From contig OZ241892.1 in NCBI GenBank assembly GCA_965203485.1, positions 1,024,001 through 1,088,000 on the forward strand: DNA of 64,000 bases. Reading direction: 5' to 3'. The notes below the pieces were generated by a model that was given only the letters and a program-made list of their open reading frames with translations, was not told where the DNA came from and made no database searches. Both the position numbers and the translations under genes were made by a program. This document shows, one piece after another, positions 53,201 to 64,000 of the stretch. The DNA comes from Longimicrobiales bacterium. Lineage in GTDB: Bacteria > Gemmatimonadota > Gemmatimonadetes > Longimicrobiales > Gaopeijiaceae. Every line of letters begins with the position of its first letter. Positions within the stretch are counted from its first letter, which is position 1.

Positions 53201-53559
53201 GCCCCGCCGCCCAGGCGGCGCACCCGGTTGCGCACCAGGCCGCGCCGTCCGGCTGGGTGCCCGGACGCATGGCCATGGAACTCGGCTGGGGCGTCGCGCT
53301 CGACAACGGCGCCACGATCACGCCCTTCGGACGCTGGAGCCAGGACGCCGGCGCCGGCCAGCGCTTCAACGCCGGCGCGCGCTTCTCGCTGCTCGGCCAG
53401 TCCGTCCAGTCCGGCACGCGCGCCGCCACGGACGCCTCCTCGCCCGCCGCCGAGAGCCTGCGCTTCCTCCTCCACCTCTACGGCGAGCACGCCTCCTCGC
53501 CGCTCGAACCCCCGCAACGCCGCCTCGGCCTAGCAGGCGTCGTCCAGCTCAGGCAGTAG
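38281..53559 (+). CDS. Giant (~5,090 aa) repeat surface protein/adhesin with cadherin repeats and autotransporter-like C-terminal barrel
   Basis: Signal peptide. ~31 copies of a ~128-aa beta repeat (VTGTPQLAL...YASGSGT..LVFRY..DxDxDG...AHKVDG) at ~38365-50290. 4 cadherin repeats (FELAEN...DPD...DYE...DVNEAP) at ~50310-51530. One Ig-like domain (YFRDPDGD). Barrel-like C-terminus (WGRAG...GADY...HPY...). Confidence 0.9.
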   Translation: MPVARTALAALGLLAAVGTTAPSSLSAQTVTVDSLRMASSAGNDSTYARGDTIDVRVYFSSNTDVNSLPARLYLEIGTETRTATWTGPSNPCDCGSGGATWFGFLYVVQAGDYDANGITTTSLSNRDITAANGSSISNTALTGIAITNAAAHKVDGALGYPKVTGVTISSSAGADNTYNVDDTIAVTVAFDSTVAVTGTPQLALGIGSATKQANYASGTSTASLVFRYVVVAGDLDTDGISIGASALSLNGGTIRLGTKDAVLQSLSSHAITNAAAHKVDTPPGVTDVVFPNSPAEGDSLWRRLEHMRVSVHFSKLVWVTGSPRLALTIGANTRQASYELGSGSDSLVFRYRIEDTDEDTDGVSIGASALTLNSGTIKASSDSTDAALSLGSHAVSNAAAHKVDGITRFAGPVSFEDNPGADSTFGFGDRIRIVIYFNNLINPPGGGSVTLNVQIGTRTVPFAYTGVGPNLLSFTHYVTTDDIDADGLSLPENALSGSVSGGGRAAFTGLRGRAITNDPTLKVNGLLGLPDVQRASITSNAGTDSTYVRGDVIEIGVVFDENVTVTGTPSLALTIGANTRQARYISGSGGDSLTFRYATRTTDADANGISYSANALALNGGTIKGRVVYGDSTRNAHLDLKTHVVANGAAHKVDGSQGPPVVAGVAIASDAGADNAYVVDDTIEVGVVFVENVDVTGTPQLALTIGSRTGQASYASGTGGDSLTFRYVAVAGDVDTDGLSIGESALTLNGGTIRRAGSATVDANLGLSIYAVTNAAAHKVLAVQGLPHVTGTAIASDPGTDSIYAAGDTIEVAVVFNENVNVTGTPQVALEIGAATRQANYVLGTGGDSLTFRYVTVAADTDTTGISYSADALTLNGGTIRRVATTLDAVVSLLTHVITNAAAHKVLPTSNKVTGLSVNSAGTDSTFVRGDTMKVTLAFRETTVVTGTPRIRMWLGAVSRWATYHSGSGTSELEFRYVVEAGIDDGNGVGILADAVDLNGGMVRAANQVDVSVWIASSLTIVDGPAWKVAGSARITSASVGRPPTGNVFERGDTIVVTMVYSDSVDVTGVPTAWLNFASASHNPALYVSGTGTDTLKFRYVVQAADSDPDGLSLYGNAIQLTGGSTIREAGTATNAFHHTPWPYLGQNALTNSADHIVAGAERITSVSLGPPPVGDTFERGDTIKVIVVYSGSVDVTGVPTVWMNIGTNNYAGATYASGTGTDTLEFHRVVEATDVDGDGISIGGNALQLTGTPASTITDAGTNVAVLGGTPWGTASNAITNSGGHKVQGGTFTAAAVSGVAVTSSPSSGDTYELGERIEVGVSFNRGVAVTGTPQLALEIGSDTVQASYASGSGTKTLAFRYTVTAADADANGISIGASALALNGGTIGDGRDTTVAASLGLGSNAIADATAHKVDGAQGPPGVAGLSIGSPQVGDTFERGETIEVSVAFNKSVDVTGTPQLALTIGSATKQAGYAAGTGTDTLVFRYVVVTADVDADGLSIGSSALALNGGTIRVAGGTTDAVLGLGAHAVTNSTGHKVAGGTFTASAPSGVTITSAPSSDSTYGRTERIEVEVTFTRPVDVTGTPQLALTIDTLTRQASYASGSGTATLVFRYTVVAADADSTGISIGATALALNGGTIADARDGSTAAGLGLGSAAIANDAAHKVDGNLGPPSVTGVSFEYEPHNGTYERGEQIGVRVQFHRAVDVTGTPRLALTIGSATRQASYVNGTGTTTLLFRYTVVQSDDDGNGISIGASALTLNGGTIRLSGAMVDALLDLGSHAVANDGFQRVDGSQFTTPYAVGMAVRSSPASASTYQLAERIDVLVTFSTPVTVTGTPRVALGIGSATRHAEYARGTGTRDVWFHYTVAATDVDADGISIGGSALALNGGTINDARAGGSAALLTLAGEAFSNDGDHKVNGGLGAPSVVGVSIGDAPADSTFELSDVMVVTVEFNAAVTVAPTTGASRPRVRVGVGSGLKNAFYARGSGTTALEFEYTVFQADADADGISIGASALETPSGSTIRRMGTTTDAVLGLGVHAITNSAAHKVAGNTRTAPVVKGLRVTSSPVVGDTYLAGEAIEVEVAFVRGVYVAGTPRLALEVGDSTRQAEYNRRDATFTRVTFRYVVQATDMDADGISVGAGALAASASDTIADGRLWSDAADLALGSHVFTNAGAHKVSGAVPYVTSVFFVSASNTGISYASTDSVFGLGDEIRVGVGFSAGVTVAGTPRLALGIGSQTRSAAQCDAVTSGNIVVFCYTVVAADADTTGISIGANALTLPGGATIRAAGAATDARLSLAQWSFADAVEYQVDGTKEVAPGVAGVAITSAPASDSTYGRTEAIEVEVEFERAVAVTGTPQLALGIDTLTRQAGYASGSGTRTLVFRYVVAAADADTSGISVAASALALNGGTIVLSGGTAAAALGLGSHAVANARSHKVDGSLGSPGVTGLSIGSPAVGDVFERGETIEVSVVFHRAVDVGGTPQLALGIGSATRQAEYASGTGTDTLVFGYVVAVGDADADGLSIAAGALTLNGGTIRLAGGTLDAVLDLGSHAVANSAGHKVTGAFVASAVSGVTVSSAPASASTYELGESIEVKVAFTRDVAVTGTPRLALGIGTVTRQADYDSGSSSADTLVFGYAVRPADADADGLSIAAGALGLNGGTIDDARPGIGAASLDLGSNAIANAAAHKVNGGLGPPGVTGLAVAPPPAGAVFERGDTIVATVRFNKAVDVTGTPQLALGIGAQTRQAAYASGTGTAALVFRYVVATADVDVDGLSVGASALALNSGTIDVSGGTTDALLSLERHAFENFLVVNGGLFTASSASGVSISSSPASDSTYGRTERIEVEVTFARAVTVTGTPQLALTIGDSTRQASYASGSGTKTLAFGYVVVAADADANGLSIGPAALALNGGAIDDARDASEAAGLGLGSHAISNALAHKVNGSLGPPGVTGVTLGSPPVGTTFERGDTIVATLAFNRAVAVTGAPQLALGIGSATKQAVYASGSGTSSLEFRYVVVTADVDADGLSVATTALGLNGGTVRLAGGTLDATLGLGTHAISNSAGHKVAGGTFTASGVTGVAVASSPASGATYGLGERIEVRVTFARAVAVTGTPQLALSFGAATRQADYAGGTGTPQLAFGYVVVAGDADSDGLSIGASALALNGGGIADGRDGSTAAALGLGSSAVTDAGGHRVDATRGPPGVMGVTIGSPQVGDTFERGDTVEVEVEFNKPVAVTGAPQLALGIGAATKQAGYAGGSGTAALAFRYVVVSADADADGLSVAAGALALNGGTIKVSGGTADALLGLGAHAVANSGGHKVAGGTFTASSPSAASVTSAPASGDTYGLGERIEVRVTFARPVVVTGAPQLALGIGAATKQAGYAGGSGTRALVFGYVVASADADADGISVGASALSLNGGAIADARDGSTAAGLGLGSSAIANAGAHKVDGSVEGAPAVAGARLASAPSGGGSYGLGEEIRVAVRFDRAVAVTGTPELALGIGAATRQAGYASGSGTSELEFAYVVQAADADRDGISVGAGALSLSGGTLVVAGGTAAAVLSLGSHAIVNASGHAVAGTLEAAPVVTGARLVSSPANGSAYGLSERIAVALAFSRPVDVAGAPQLALGIGSATRQAGYASGSGTAELVFGYVVAGGDADADGVSVAAGALALNGGTIVIAGGRVAAVLSLGTHALSNVAGHLVDGSVETAPAVAGVTLASAPIGGGRYELGEEIRVHVRFDRAVAVTGSPQLALTIGAQTRTARFVRVVGYGAAARAGWAGVAAGYAGAGWAGGSAGGAGGSAGALGATQGAALEFAYAVQASDADADGISVGAGALSLNGGAITLLGGTAAAGLSLGGHALTNVGGHLVDGSVVSPPAVAGVEASRPPSGGRWRAGQTIEIAVVFDRPVSVTGGPRLALAMGTRTVHAALASASGRRVEFAYEVRPHDRAPNGIALAAGALDASGAAIVSAADGSTPAALSLGSHAFASDPTRRVEGGGGEPEPGRPPKFSAESYAFELAENVAGAVVVGAVSAVDPDEGDEVRYRLREGGGGLFEVDETSGEVSYVGAGEDYEAGPREHALVVSAADVGGLASTVRVTVKVTNANEAPAFERASWTFELAENAAGPIVLGTVSATDPDEGEALSYSLVSGGGGLFELDAASGAVRYVGAGEDYETGPREHALAVAVADAGGLRAAAGVVIAVADADEAPVFERASWTFELAENAAGPIVLGTVSATDPDEGEALSYSLVSGGGGLFELDAASGAISYVGAGEDYETGPREHALVVAATGADGLAARAAVVVAVADVNEAPVFEQASWTFELAENAAGPLAVGAVAAADEDEGDVLSYSLVSGGGGLFELDAASGAVRYVGAGEDYETGPREHALVVAATDRGGLAATANATVVVTDVNEAPEATAQIAVAALDAHGAAVQETLDAYFRDPDGDALAYAAESSDTAVAAASVAGGVLTIQPFAIGTASVTVTATDPGGLAAEQTVAVVVEASRSERARVLEGALAAFGRSLGAEAVDVIGGRLGLESAGGLGRSHLQLGGRSIACGDGAGAGAGDGCGWRALARTASGLLGVQVALPTVGGPGGAQSPGALNPAALLLGGPDAGAGAHGGFGVQAGGGLGMGGDYRGQQEPAAATPGGVTFNPLSGGDLLERSSFQLSLGGGAASDSGAFGAQDAAGLRPGWTVWGRAGMGGYEGRPADGLHFDGGRARSAHLGADYRFASGLLVGVAGARSSFETEFESAVNGAGSVAASLTSVHPYVHWSPTGGLGLWALAGAGTGDATLDEAAGGRFGADIAMLMGALGARRELAGGIALKADAFSVRVRSDDAADLAGVTARAHRVRLAPEVAKTWALGGEASLRTRLELGARLDAGDAETGLGAEAGGEASFDHAPTGLSVAMRGRALLAHQAEGLREWGAGVSLRLQPGGTAETGLSLSVEPAWGAATGATGELWRQGPAAIGPAAQAAHPVAHQAAPSGWVPGRMAMELGWGVALDNGATITPFGRWSQDAGAGQRFNAGARFSLLGQSVQSGTRAATDASSPAAESLRFLLHLYGEHASSPLEPPQRRLGLAGVVQLRQ

Positions 53560-53618
53560 CGCCCAACGCAACCGCGCCGCTTCGAGACTCGCGGCAACGG
53601 GTGGGGGGCGTAGGCGCC

Positions 53619-54233
53619 CTACGGGTCGCTGCAGTCTCGCTGGAAGCCGCAGTTGAGACAGGTGATCTTGCAGTGGTGCTCCATGACGGGGCCGCCGCAC
53701 AAGTCGCAACGCGGTTCGGCCGCCAGGTAGCGGCGGCTCAGTTCCACGTAGTGCGCGGAACTCCGCTCGACCCAGGATGCAGCGGCGGCACTCAGCGGCA
53801 GGACGCGACCCGGCACGCCCGCCACCAGACGGCCCGGCGGCACTGTCGTTCCCTCCTTCACGAGCGCGCCCGCGGCCACGAGGCAACCCTCGCCGAGTTC
53901 GGCCCGCTGGAGCAGCACGGCGTTCATGCCGACGACCGTGCCGCGTCCGATCCGGCAACTCTCCAGGACCGCGCCGTGGCCGACGGTCACCTCGTCCCCG
54001 ACCACCGTCGGTCCCTGGTCGCTCACGTGCACCACCGCATTGTCCTGCACGTTGGCGCGCGCGCCGACGGCGATCGCGTTGCGGGGATCGTCGCCCCTCA
54101 GCACGGCCCCATACCAGACGCTGGCTTCCTCGCCGATTTCCACGTTGCCGACCACGACCACGCCGGGCGCCAGGAACGCGCTGGCCGCCACCCGCGGCCG
54201 CCGCCCCTCGAACTCCACGATGCGCGCCGTCAC
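53619..54233 (-). CDS. Gamma-carbonic-anhydrase/YrdA-family protein with C-terminal zinc-finger extension
   Basis: Hexapeptide repeats (SVWYGAVLRGD, NVQDNAVVH, TVGHGAVL). Tail CDLCGGPVMEHHCKITCLNCGFQRDCSDP. Confidence 0.88.
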   Translation of the reverse strand: MTARIVEFEGRRPRVAASAFLAPGVVVVGNVEIGEEASVWYGAVLRGDDPRNAIAVGARANVQDNAVVHVSDQGPTVVGDEVTVGHGAVLESCRIGRGTVVGMNAVLLQRAELGEGCLVAAGALVKEGTTVPPGRLVAGVPGRVLPLSAAAASWVERSSAHYVELSRRYLAAEPRCDLCGGPVMEHHCKITCLNCGFQRDCSDP

Positions 54234-54267
54234 GACCGGAACTCCACGCGGTCGGCCCGGCGCCCGC

Positions 54268-55551
54268 TCACGATTCGGCGTTCGCGCCGGGCAACCGCCG
54301 CAACCGCGCCCGCAACACCTGCGTCTCCGACGCCTCCAGCACCTCGACGCGCGCGCCGCCCGCCTCGAACGCGGCGCCCTGGCCCGGCACGTGCCCCATT
54401 TCCTCGAGGATGAAGCCGTTGAGTGACCGGTTCTCGCCGACCGGCAGCACGAAGCCGAAGCGCTCGTTGATCTCCCGCAGATCGGCGGTCCCCGCCGCCA
54501 CGATCTCGTCGTCCGACGTCCGGGCGATCGGGTCCTCTTCCTGGTCGGTCTCGTCCACGATCTCGCCCACCAGCTCTTCGAGCACGTCCTCGAGCGTGAT
54601 GAGTCCGTCGGTGCCGCCGAACTCGTCGGCCACGATGCCCATGTGGGTCCGGCGCGCCCTGAAGTCGGCCAGGAGCTTCGCCAGCGACAGCGACCCGGGC
54701 ACGAACATCGCCGGCCGCGCCAGCTCCGAGAGCGCAACGGCGCCGCGGCCCGCTACGAGGGCTCGGTAGGCGTCGCGGACGTGCAAGATGCCCGTCACGT
54801 CGTCGATGCTGTCGCCGTAGACGGGGACCCGCGAGTACGGCGCCGAGCCCAGTTCGGCCTCCACGTCGCCCACGCGGAGCGACTGGCGCCAAGCAAAGAC
54901 CTCCACGCGCGGCGTCATCGCGTCCCATGCGGACAGCTCGTCCAGCTTGAACGCGCGCTCGACCAAGCGGTGCTCGTCCGCCTCGACGATGCCGGCGCCG
55001 GCGCCAATGTCGAGCGCCTCGCGCACTTGGAGCTCGTCGTCCGACGCCCCGACGCCCCGCCTGTCCCCCGCAAGCGACCGTTCCAGCAAGCGGAAGGGCG
55101 ACAGGACGCGCCCGAAGAACCCGGACCCCCACCGGAGCAACGGCGCGGCGGCCAGGGCGAGCCGCACCGGCCGCCGCCCCGCCAACCCGCGCGCCACCAC
55201 GTCGCCCGCGGCGAAGACGGCCAGCGCCACGGCCAGCCCCCCGCCCATCGCCGCCCACGGCCGCCCCCCGGAGCCCGCGTGCACCGCAACCGTGCCCGTC
55301 GCCACCGATCCCAGCGCACACAGCCTCTGGAGCACTCCGAGCGGCGACCCCGCTACCGATCCCGCTCGCACCGCCGCCAACGCCTCCGCGCCCGCGAATC
55401 CCTCGTCAGCCAGCACGCGCGCCCCGGAATCGCCGATCTTGAGCACGGCCGCCCGCGCCGCCGCCAACCCCGCCGACAGCAACAGCAGCACGACCGCCGC
55501 CAGCGCCGCCGTCAACGCCACGACCGTGCTCCCGCCCCTGCCATGCTCCAA
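54268..55551 (-). CDS. Hemolysin-family/CNNM-CBS-CorC membrane protein
   Basis: TM N-terminus, MTPR, YSRVPVY, DEFGGTDGLITLEDVLEELVGEI. Confidence 0.9.
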   Translation of the reverse strand: MEHGRGGSTVVALTAALAAVVLLLLSAGLAAARAAVLKIGDSGARVLADEGFAGAEALAAVRAGSVAGSPLGVLQRLCALGSVATGTVAVHAGSGGRPWAAMGGGLAVALAVFAAGDVVARGLAGRRPVRLALAAAPLLRWGSGFFGRVLSPFRLLERSLAGDRRGVGASDDELQVREALDIGAGAGIVEADEHRLVERAFKLDELSAWDAMTPRVEVFAWRQSLRVGDVEAELGSAPYSRVPVYGDSIDDVTGILHVRDAYRALVAGRGAVALSELARPAMFVPGSLSLAKLLADFRARRTHMGIVADEFGGTDGLITLEDVLEELVGEIVDETDQEEDPIARTSDDEIVAAGTADLREINERFGFVLPVGENRSLNGFILEEMGHVPGQGAAFEAGGARVEVLEASETQVLRARLRRLPGANAES

Positions 55552-55720
55552 GTCCCGTCTCGGGCCGCTCTCGGCGCCCGCTCGACAAGCCGGGCCGAGC
55601 CGGTGTCCCGCAACGGCCGCCCGCGCCGCCCGGGCAAGCCGCTCGTCCCCGTCGCCCCGCCAGGCGGCCGGGCCGAGACTCGCTCAAGACTTGGAGGCTG
55701 GTCCTCGACTTCCGGCGGCT

Positions 55721-56773
<1,053 letters not shown>

Positions 56774-57049
56774 GGCGATGCGAATCCGGAACGTGCGGGG
56801 GGAGTCGCCAAGAATAGACAAGGGCTGCCGCCGCCGGTCAAGCCTCGTCGCGCGCGACGGAGGAGATCGGGCGCTGCGTTCTCGATGTCGGGGGCATGGG
56901 CAAGGCGTTTGACCACGCCACCGGCTGTTTTCAGGTCGTTCGTGCCCGTCGGCGACGAGACTTGGCGGCCGTCGTGATCGTGGATCCCCGCCCCGAGTCG
57001 GGGGGCGCCTGCCCGGCCCAGGCTCGCCGCCTTGCGGTCGCGTGCCGGC

Positions 57050-58200
57050 CTGTTCGCGGGCTTCGGCGTCTCCTTCGGACGCGCGTGGATTGCGGCTCGT
57101 GCCTCTCGGAGCCCTAACCTCGTCTCCAGGTCGTGCGCAAGCGCGCCACGACCGAGTTTCCGGTCGCCGGATCCTTCCGTGTCGCCAGGATGGCGCCACG
57201 CTCTCGGCCACGAGAACTACCTCCTCTTCCGTCGCCGGGCCGACATTGAAGAGTTGCCACAACGTCGCTCCGTCGTCCGCGATCCGAACTACGTTCAAGA
57301 TCAGGCCGTCCGCCATGTCGAAGACCGCCACCGACTGCGGATAGGTCACGTTGAAGCGGCGCCAGGGGACCCCGTCCTCCACCGTTTCGACGACGACGGC
57401 GTCCCCGGGCGCCTCGAGGAGGCCGGGCAAGGCCGCAACTCGTTCCCCGTCCGCGCCGCTTTCGTGGACCTGCGCATCATAGCGCGCGATGAGGTGCGGG
57501 GCGCCCTGGGAGTAGAGGAAGTTCCCCCCGGACAACGCATGCACGGCGCCGCCGGTTCCGATCATTCGGGCTTGGTAGTCCCTTGCGTCCGCCGGGGCGC
57601 CCCAGCTTCGGCGCAACCCTCCGCGCGGTCCGAAATAGTGCACCGCGAAGTCGATCCCCTGAATCGCGCCGCTCAGCACGAAGCCGCCCGACGGCAGCAC
57701 GTCGAAGCCCTTCGTCCAGTCCACGCGGACCGGAAAGCGAACTCTGCCGCGCGGTTCGCCGTCCGGCGAGTACGTCTCGACCCCGCCTCTGCCGCTGTCG
57801 TACACCACGACGTCTCCGTTGGGTGCGACCGAAATGCGGTTGGGCCGCAACACCTCGCCGGGTCCGTCGCCGATCCGCGCGACTACGCGAGTGGTTCCCG
57901 GCGGCAGGGCTCCCGGTGCACCAAGACGCGGCCGGGGCCGCCGGCGACGATGTCGGCGATCCAGAGCGCGTCGTCGGCGGTCTCGGCAAGGCCGGCAACA
58001 TGCGAGAGCCCTCCAGCCATGTCGAAGCCCTCCGAACTCCACACCTCCTCGACCGCTAGGGACAGGCGAACGGACGGCGTCGCCGACCGAGCTCGCAACT
58101 GGACGGCCGAGAACGAGGGCGGAGCCTGCACCCAAAGCAGGCCGCCTGCCAAGATCGACCACAGCAGGCGGAACGGGTCCGTCCGGCGAGCCGACGGGCA
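57050..58200 (-). pseudogene. GDGPGE beta-propeller protein, frameshifted near 57920 and degenerate at the 3' end
   Basis: Signal and first blades (LLWSILAGGLLW...LWIAD) are in one frame. RIGDGPGEV and the later blades are in another. Confidence 0.65.
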
Positions 58201-58273
58201 CGTCGTCTCGGTGGGCGGATGGACGGCGGCGTGGGTGGAGCGGCTGCATGTCGGAGCCGCGCTTCCTCCGATC

Positions 58274-58301
58274 TTGCGAATTTTTTCACAAGCACTAGCT
58301 T
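58274..58301 (+). promoter_or_regulatory. Putative atp operon promoter TTGCGA-N16-TAGCTT
   Basis: AT-rich patch upstream of the operon. Confidence 0.45.
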
Positions 58302-58389
58302 TTGTCGTCTGGCGGCATCCGCCGGGGGCGCTCCGACGCGCCTGTTTGCGAGCCCGCAGGAAGCTAACGCCGAGAGAGCCGGGGAACCC

Positions 58390-58662
58390 ATGAACGCGTC
58401 CTCGGAGAACCGTCCTGGCGCCGGCGAGCGCGCGTCGTTCGGGCTGGGCGGCTTGGAACGCTACGCGGGGTACGGGCTGGCCTTGGCCTTGGCCGTGGTC
58501 GTCGGCGGCTGGGCCGGGCTGGCGCTCGACCGTTGGCTGGGGACGGCTCCCCTGCTGACGTTGCTCGGAGGCTTCGCTGGCGCCGGCGCGGGCACGTACA
58601 CCGTCTACCAGCGGCTGGTCGCGGCGTTGCGCCGGCGCCCGGAGCAAGAGGAAGCGCCGTGA
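58390..58662 (+). CDS. AtpZ/AtpI-family small membrane protein
   Basis: GLALDRWLGTAP motif, first gene of the atp operon. Confidence 0.8.
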   Translation: MNASSENRPGAGERASFGLGGLERYAGYGLALALAVVVGGWAGLALDRWLGTAPLLTLLGGFAGAGAGTYTVYQRLVAALRRRPEQEEAP

Positions 58663-59081
58663 CCCGGTCTCAGCGGTTCGTCGCCACCGCCTTCGCAACA
58701 GTGTTCGCGGGCGTCCTCGCGGGCTGGATGGTCCTGAGTCCCGAGGCTCGGACGGCCGTGGCAGGGGCGGGCGCCGCCGCCTTGGCGGTGCAGTCGGCGC
58801 TGCACTTCGGGTTGAGGGGCTGGCGCGGCCGCAACGACCGCTTCTACAGGGCCATCGCGGTCGCCGCCCTGTCTCGCGCCGCGACGGTGGGCGCCGCGGT
58901 GGTCCTCCTCGCCGTTGCGCCGGAACTCGTGGCGCCCCTGCCGTTCCTCCTTGCGCTGGGCGTCTTCATGGTCGTCGTGTCGTTCCTCGAGCCGGTGATC
59001 GAGTCCGGGTTGCCCACGCGCGGGCGCGGAGCCCGCAGAACCGGCAACGCTCGCAACGCGCCCGGAGCTTCCCGCGCATGA
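58659..59081 (+). CDS. ATP synthase I-like membrane protein
   Basis: Four hydrophobic helices, coupled to both neighbours. Confidence 0.6.
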   Translation: MTRSQRFVATAFATVFAGVLAGWMVLSPEARTAVAGAGAAALAVQSALHFGLRGWRGRNDRFYRAIAVAALSRAATVGAAVVLLAVAPELVAPLPFLLALGVFMVVVSFLEPVIESGLPTRGRGARRTGNARNAPGASRA

Positions 59082-60007
59082 GTCGGCTCCCCGCGCGGCT
59101 GCGGCCGGGCGCCACCCTGCAGGACGATGCGGCGGCCGCCCAAGCGCACGGCTCGCCGGGCGCGGCCGCCGCCCAGGAGTTCGACCTGGGCCGCGACGTG
59201 CTGGCCGACCACATCCTCAACTCGCCCGAATACCACGGCCTCTTCGGCGTCCATTTCGGATTCCCGCGCTGGACGCCGTTCGGCATCGACCTCTCCATCG
59301 ACAAGCACACGTTCCTGCTGCTGGTCGCCGCGATCCTCGCCACGGTCGTGGTCGTCCGGGCGGCCCGCGCCGTCGCGGGACTCGGACGCGAGCGCGCCCC
59401 CTCCGGGCTCGCCAACGCCGTCGAGGCGATCTTCGTCTTCTTCCGCGACGACGTCTGCAAGTCGAACATCGGCCCGGGCTACGAGCGCTTCCTGCCCTTC
59501 GTCCTCACCCTCTTCTTCTTCATCCTGTCGATGAACCTGCTGGGCCTCGTGCCCTGGGGCGGCTCCGCTACCGGAAACCTCTCGGTCACGGCCGCGCTCG
59601 CAGTCCTCACCTTCTTGGTGACCGAGGTGGCTGGACTCCTCAAGCTGGGCCCGCGCGGCTACATGCGGACCATCTTCTTCGTGCCCGAGGGCGTGGGCGG
59701 CGTCGGCAAGGTGTTCGTGCTGGCCCTCATGGCGCCGATCGAGCTGCTCGGCAAGGTCACCAAGCCCCTTGCGCTCGCCATCCGGCTCTTCGCCAACATG
59801 ACGGCGGGCCACATGTTGATCTTCACGGTTCTGGGCTTGGTCTTCGTCTTCGCCGAGTGGGCGGGCGTCCGCTGGTTCGTCGCGGGCGCTTCCTTCGGGA
59901 TGGTCGTGGCCTTCCTCCTCATGGAACTCTTGATCGCGGTCATCCAGGCGTACGTCTTCGCCATGTTGTCCGCCGTCTTCATCGGCATGATGCAGCACGA
60001 GCACTAA
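59078..60007 (+). CDS. atpB: ATP synthase F0 subunit a
   Basis: LAIRLFANMTAGH, IQAYVF. Confidence 0.95.
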   Translation: MSRLPARLRPGATLQDDAAAAQAHGSPGAAAAQEFDLGRDVLADHILNSPEYHGLFGVHFGFPRWTPFGIDLSIDKHTFLLLVAAILATVVVVRAARAVAGLGRERAPSGLANAVEAIFVFFRDDVCKSNIGPGYERFLPFVLTLFFFILSMNLLGLVPWGGSATGNLSVTAALAVLTFLVTEVAGLLKLGPRGYMRTIFFVPEGVGGVGKVFVLALMAPIELLGKVTKPLALAIRLFANMTAGHMLIFTVLGLVFVFAEWAGVRWFVAGASFGMVVAFLLMELLIAVIQAYVFAMLSAVFIGMMQHEH

Positions 60008-60902
<895 letters not shown>

Positions 60903-60906
<4 letters not shown>

Positions 60907-61466
60907 CGGCCGGCCGGAGCAGGCACGACGCCGTCGTGCGCAACTACGCCGAGACCGCCTTCGAGCTGGCCGGGCGCCACGAGGGCCCGGAGGCCTTCGG
61001 CGAGGCGCTGGTCGCCGTGGCGAAGCTGTGGGAAGATCCGGCCGTCCGCCGCTTCTTCGCGACCCCGCGCGTGCCGGCCGCGGCCAAGAAGAAGGCGCTG
61101 GACGAGGCGTGCGCCGGCCTTCCCGCCATGCTGGTGCGGTTTCTCAAGGTCCTGGTCGACAAGCGCCGCCAGGACCGCGTGCCCGCCGTGGCGGCCCACT
61201 ACGCGGCGCTCCTGGACCGGCGGATGGGACGCAGGCACATGGACGTGACGCTTGCCCGCCCGCTGGGCGATGCCGCGTCGCAAGAAGTGGAGGCTCGGCT
61301 GTCGAGCGCGGTCGGCGCCGACGTGACGGCCCGCTTCCTGGTGGACCCGTCGATCCTTGGAGGCGTCGTGATCCGCGAGGGAGACATGGTGTACGACGGC
61401 TCCGTCAAGCGCCGCCTGGACGGCCTGCGCCGAGCGCTCCTGCACGGCCCCGGCTTCCACGCCTAG
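60903..61466 (+). CDS. atpH: ATP synthase F1 subunit delta
   Basis: RNYAETAF, VDPSILGG...YDGSV. Confidence 0.92.
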
Positions 61467-61496
61467 CAGACCAAGACGAGAAACCGAGAGAGATTC

Positions 61497-63167
<1,671 letters not shown>

Positions 63168-63170
63168 CAC

Positions 63171-64000
63171 GTGGCCGGCTCCCGCGACGTCCTTCGGCGG
63201 ATCAAGTCCGTCCGCAGCACGCGCAAGATCACCCGCACCATGGAACTGGTGGCCACGTCGAAGCTCAAGCGCGCGATGGACCGGGTTGCGGCCGCGCGCC
63301 CGTACGCCGAAGCGGCCCAGGACCTGGTGCGCGCCCTCCACTCGCCGGCGCTCGCCCAGGATCACGCCGCGCTGCGCCAGCCTTCCGAGATCCGGCGGGC
63401 CGCCGTCCTGCTGCTCACCGCCAACCGCGGCTTCTGCGGCGCGTTCAACGCCAACCTCATCCGCGAGGCCCAGGACCGCTTGGCCGAGCTGGAGGACGCC
63501 GGCACGGAGACCGAACTCCACGTTGCCGGCAAGAAGGGCCTGGCCTACTTCCGCTTCCGCGGCAGGGCCGTCGCGTCTGCCACCACGTCGATCGGCGACG
63601 ACCCCACGCCGCGCGACGCGGAGGCCCTCGTCGGTCCTCTCCGCGAGCGCTTCGCCGCCGGCGAGCTGGACGCCGTCGTGGTCGTGTCGGCCCAGTTCCG
63701 CTCGGCGATGTCCACGCCGCCCAAGGCCACGCGCGTCCTCCCCGTGGCGCCGCCGCCCAGTGCCCACTCCCGTACGCCCGGTCCCGCCGGCCCAACGGAT
63801 TCGCGCGTCCCGCCCGCCGCCGCCCCGCCGCCCCGCCGCCGAACCGGCGACGCCTTCATCCTCTCGCCCTCGGCAGGCGAGATCGTGACCCGCTTGCTTC
63901 CCGCCTACGTCCGCGCCACCGTCTACGGCGCGCTGGCCGAGAACGCGGCAGGCGAGCAGGGCGCCCGCCGCGCCGCCATGAAGAGCGCCACCGACAACGC
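63171..64000 (+). CDS. atpG: ATP synthase F1 subunit gamma (runs off window)
   Basis: GTG start, RRIKSVRSTRKITRTMELVA, NRGFCGAFN, EQGARRAAMKSATDNA. Not in the ORF track because no stop lies inside the window. Confidence 0.93.
   Translation, partial: MAGSRDVLRRIKSVRSTRKITRTMELVATSKLKRAMDRVAAARPYAEAAQDLVRALHSPALAQDHAALRQPSEIRRAAVLLLTANRGFCGAFNANLIREAQDRLAELEDAGTETELHVAGKKGLAYFRFRGRAVASATTSIGDDPTPRDAEALVGPLRERFAAGELDAVVVVSAQFRSAMSTPPKATRVLPVAPPPSAHSRTPGPAGPTDSRVPPAAAPPPRRRTGDAFILSPSAGEIVTRLLPAYVRATVYGALAENAAGEQGARRAAMKSATDN

Noticed and set aside
41329..53517. 4062-aa antisense ORF opposite the giant protein, and similar long antisense ORFs (17307-22133, 33955-37824, 60738-63767)
   Set aside because: Shadow ORFs caused by high GC and codon bias. 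They are Arg/Ala-rich with no motifs, while the opposite strand encodes recognisable proteins.

Overview
High-GC bacterial chromosome segment. Gene order and content suggest Gemmatimonadota, possibly a host/sponge-associated lineage (inference only). (1) 1-12.9 kb is a rearranged accessory island. It has repeated cassettes of a small secreted Cys-rich protein followed by a GDGPGE-type beta-propeller protein (two near-complete copies plus one decayed), a 6-Cys peptide gene followed by a DsbA/beta-propeller fusion, a degenerate IS3-family element next to a ~740 bp duplication, three ISL3 remnants and a decayed BstYI/BglII-like restriction-modification pair. (2) Directly upstream of rpsA is a ~465-nt non-coding unit with its own sigma70 promoter, many tetraloop-capped hairpins and an intrinsic terminator. 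A second diverged copy (with the rpsA leader and first ~37 S1 codons) and a third truncated copy lie in the island. I could not assign it to a known RNA class. (3) 13.6-38 kb is core genes: rpsA, LppC-like lipoprotein, acyl-CoA carboxylase/methylmalonyl-CoA mutase, argS, purM, riboflavin genes, nusB, HPF, ALDH, rplU-rpmA. (4) 38.3-53.6 kb is a ~5,090-aa surface protein with ~31 repeats, 4 cadherin repeats and an autotransporter-like barrel. (5) 53.6-64 kb holds gamma-CA-like, CBS and MoxR genes and the atp operon, cut off in atpG. The two best candidates for new biology are the large structured RNA and the Cys-peptide/beta-propeller cassette system.
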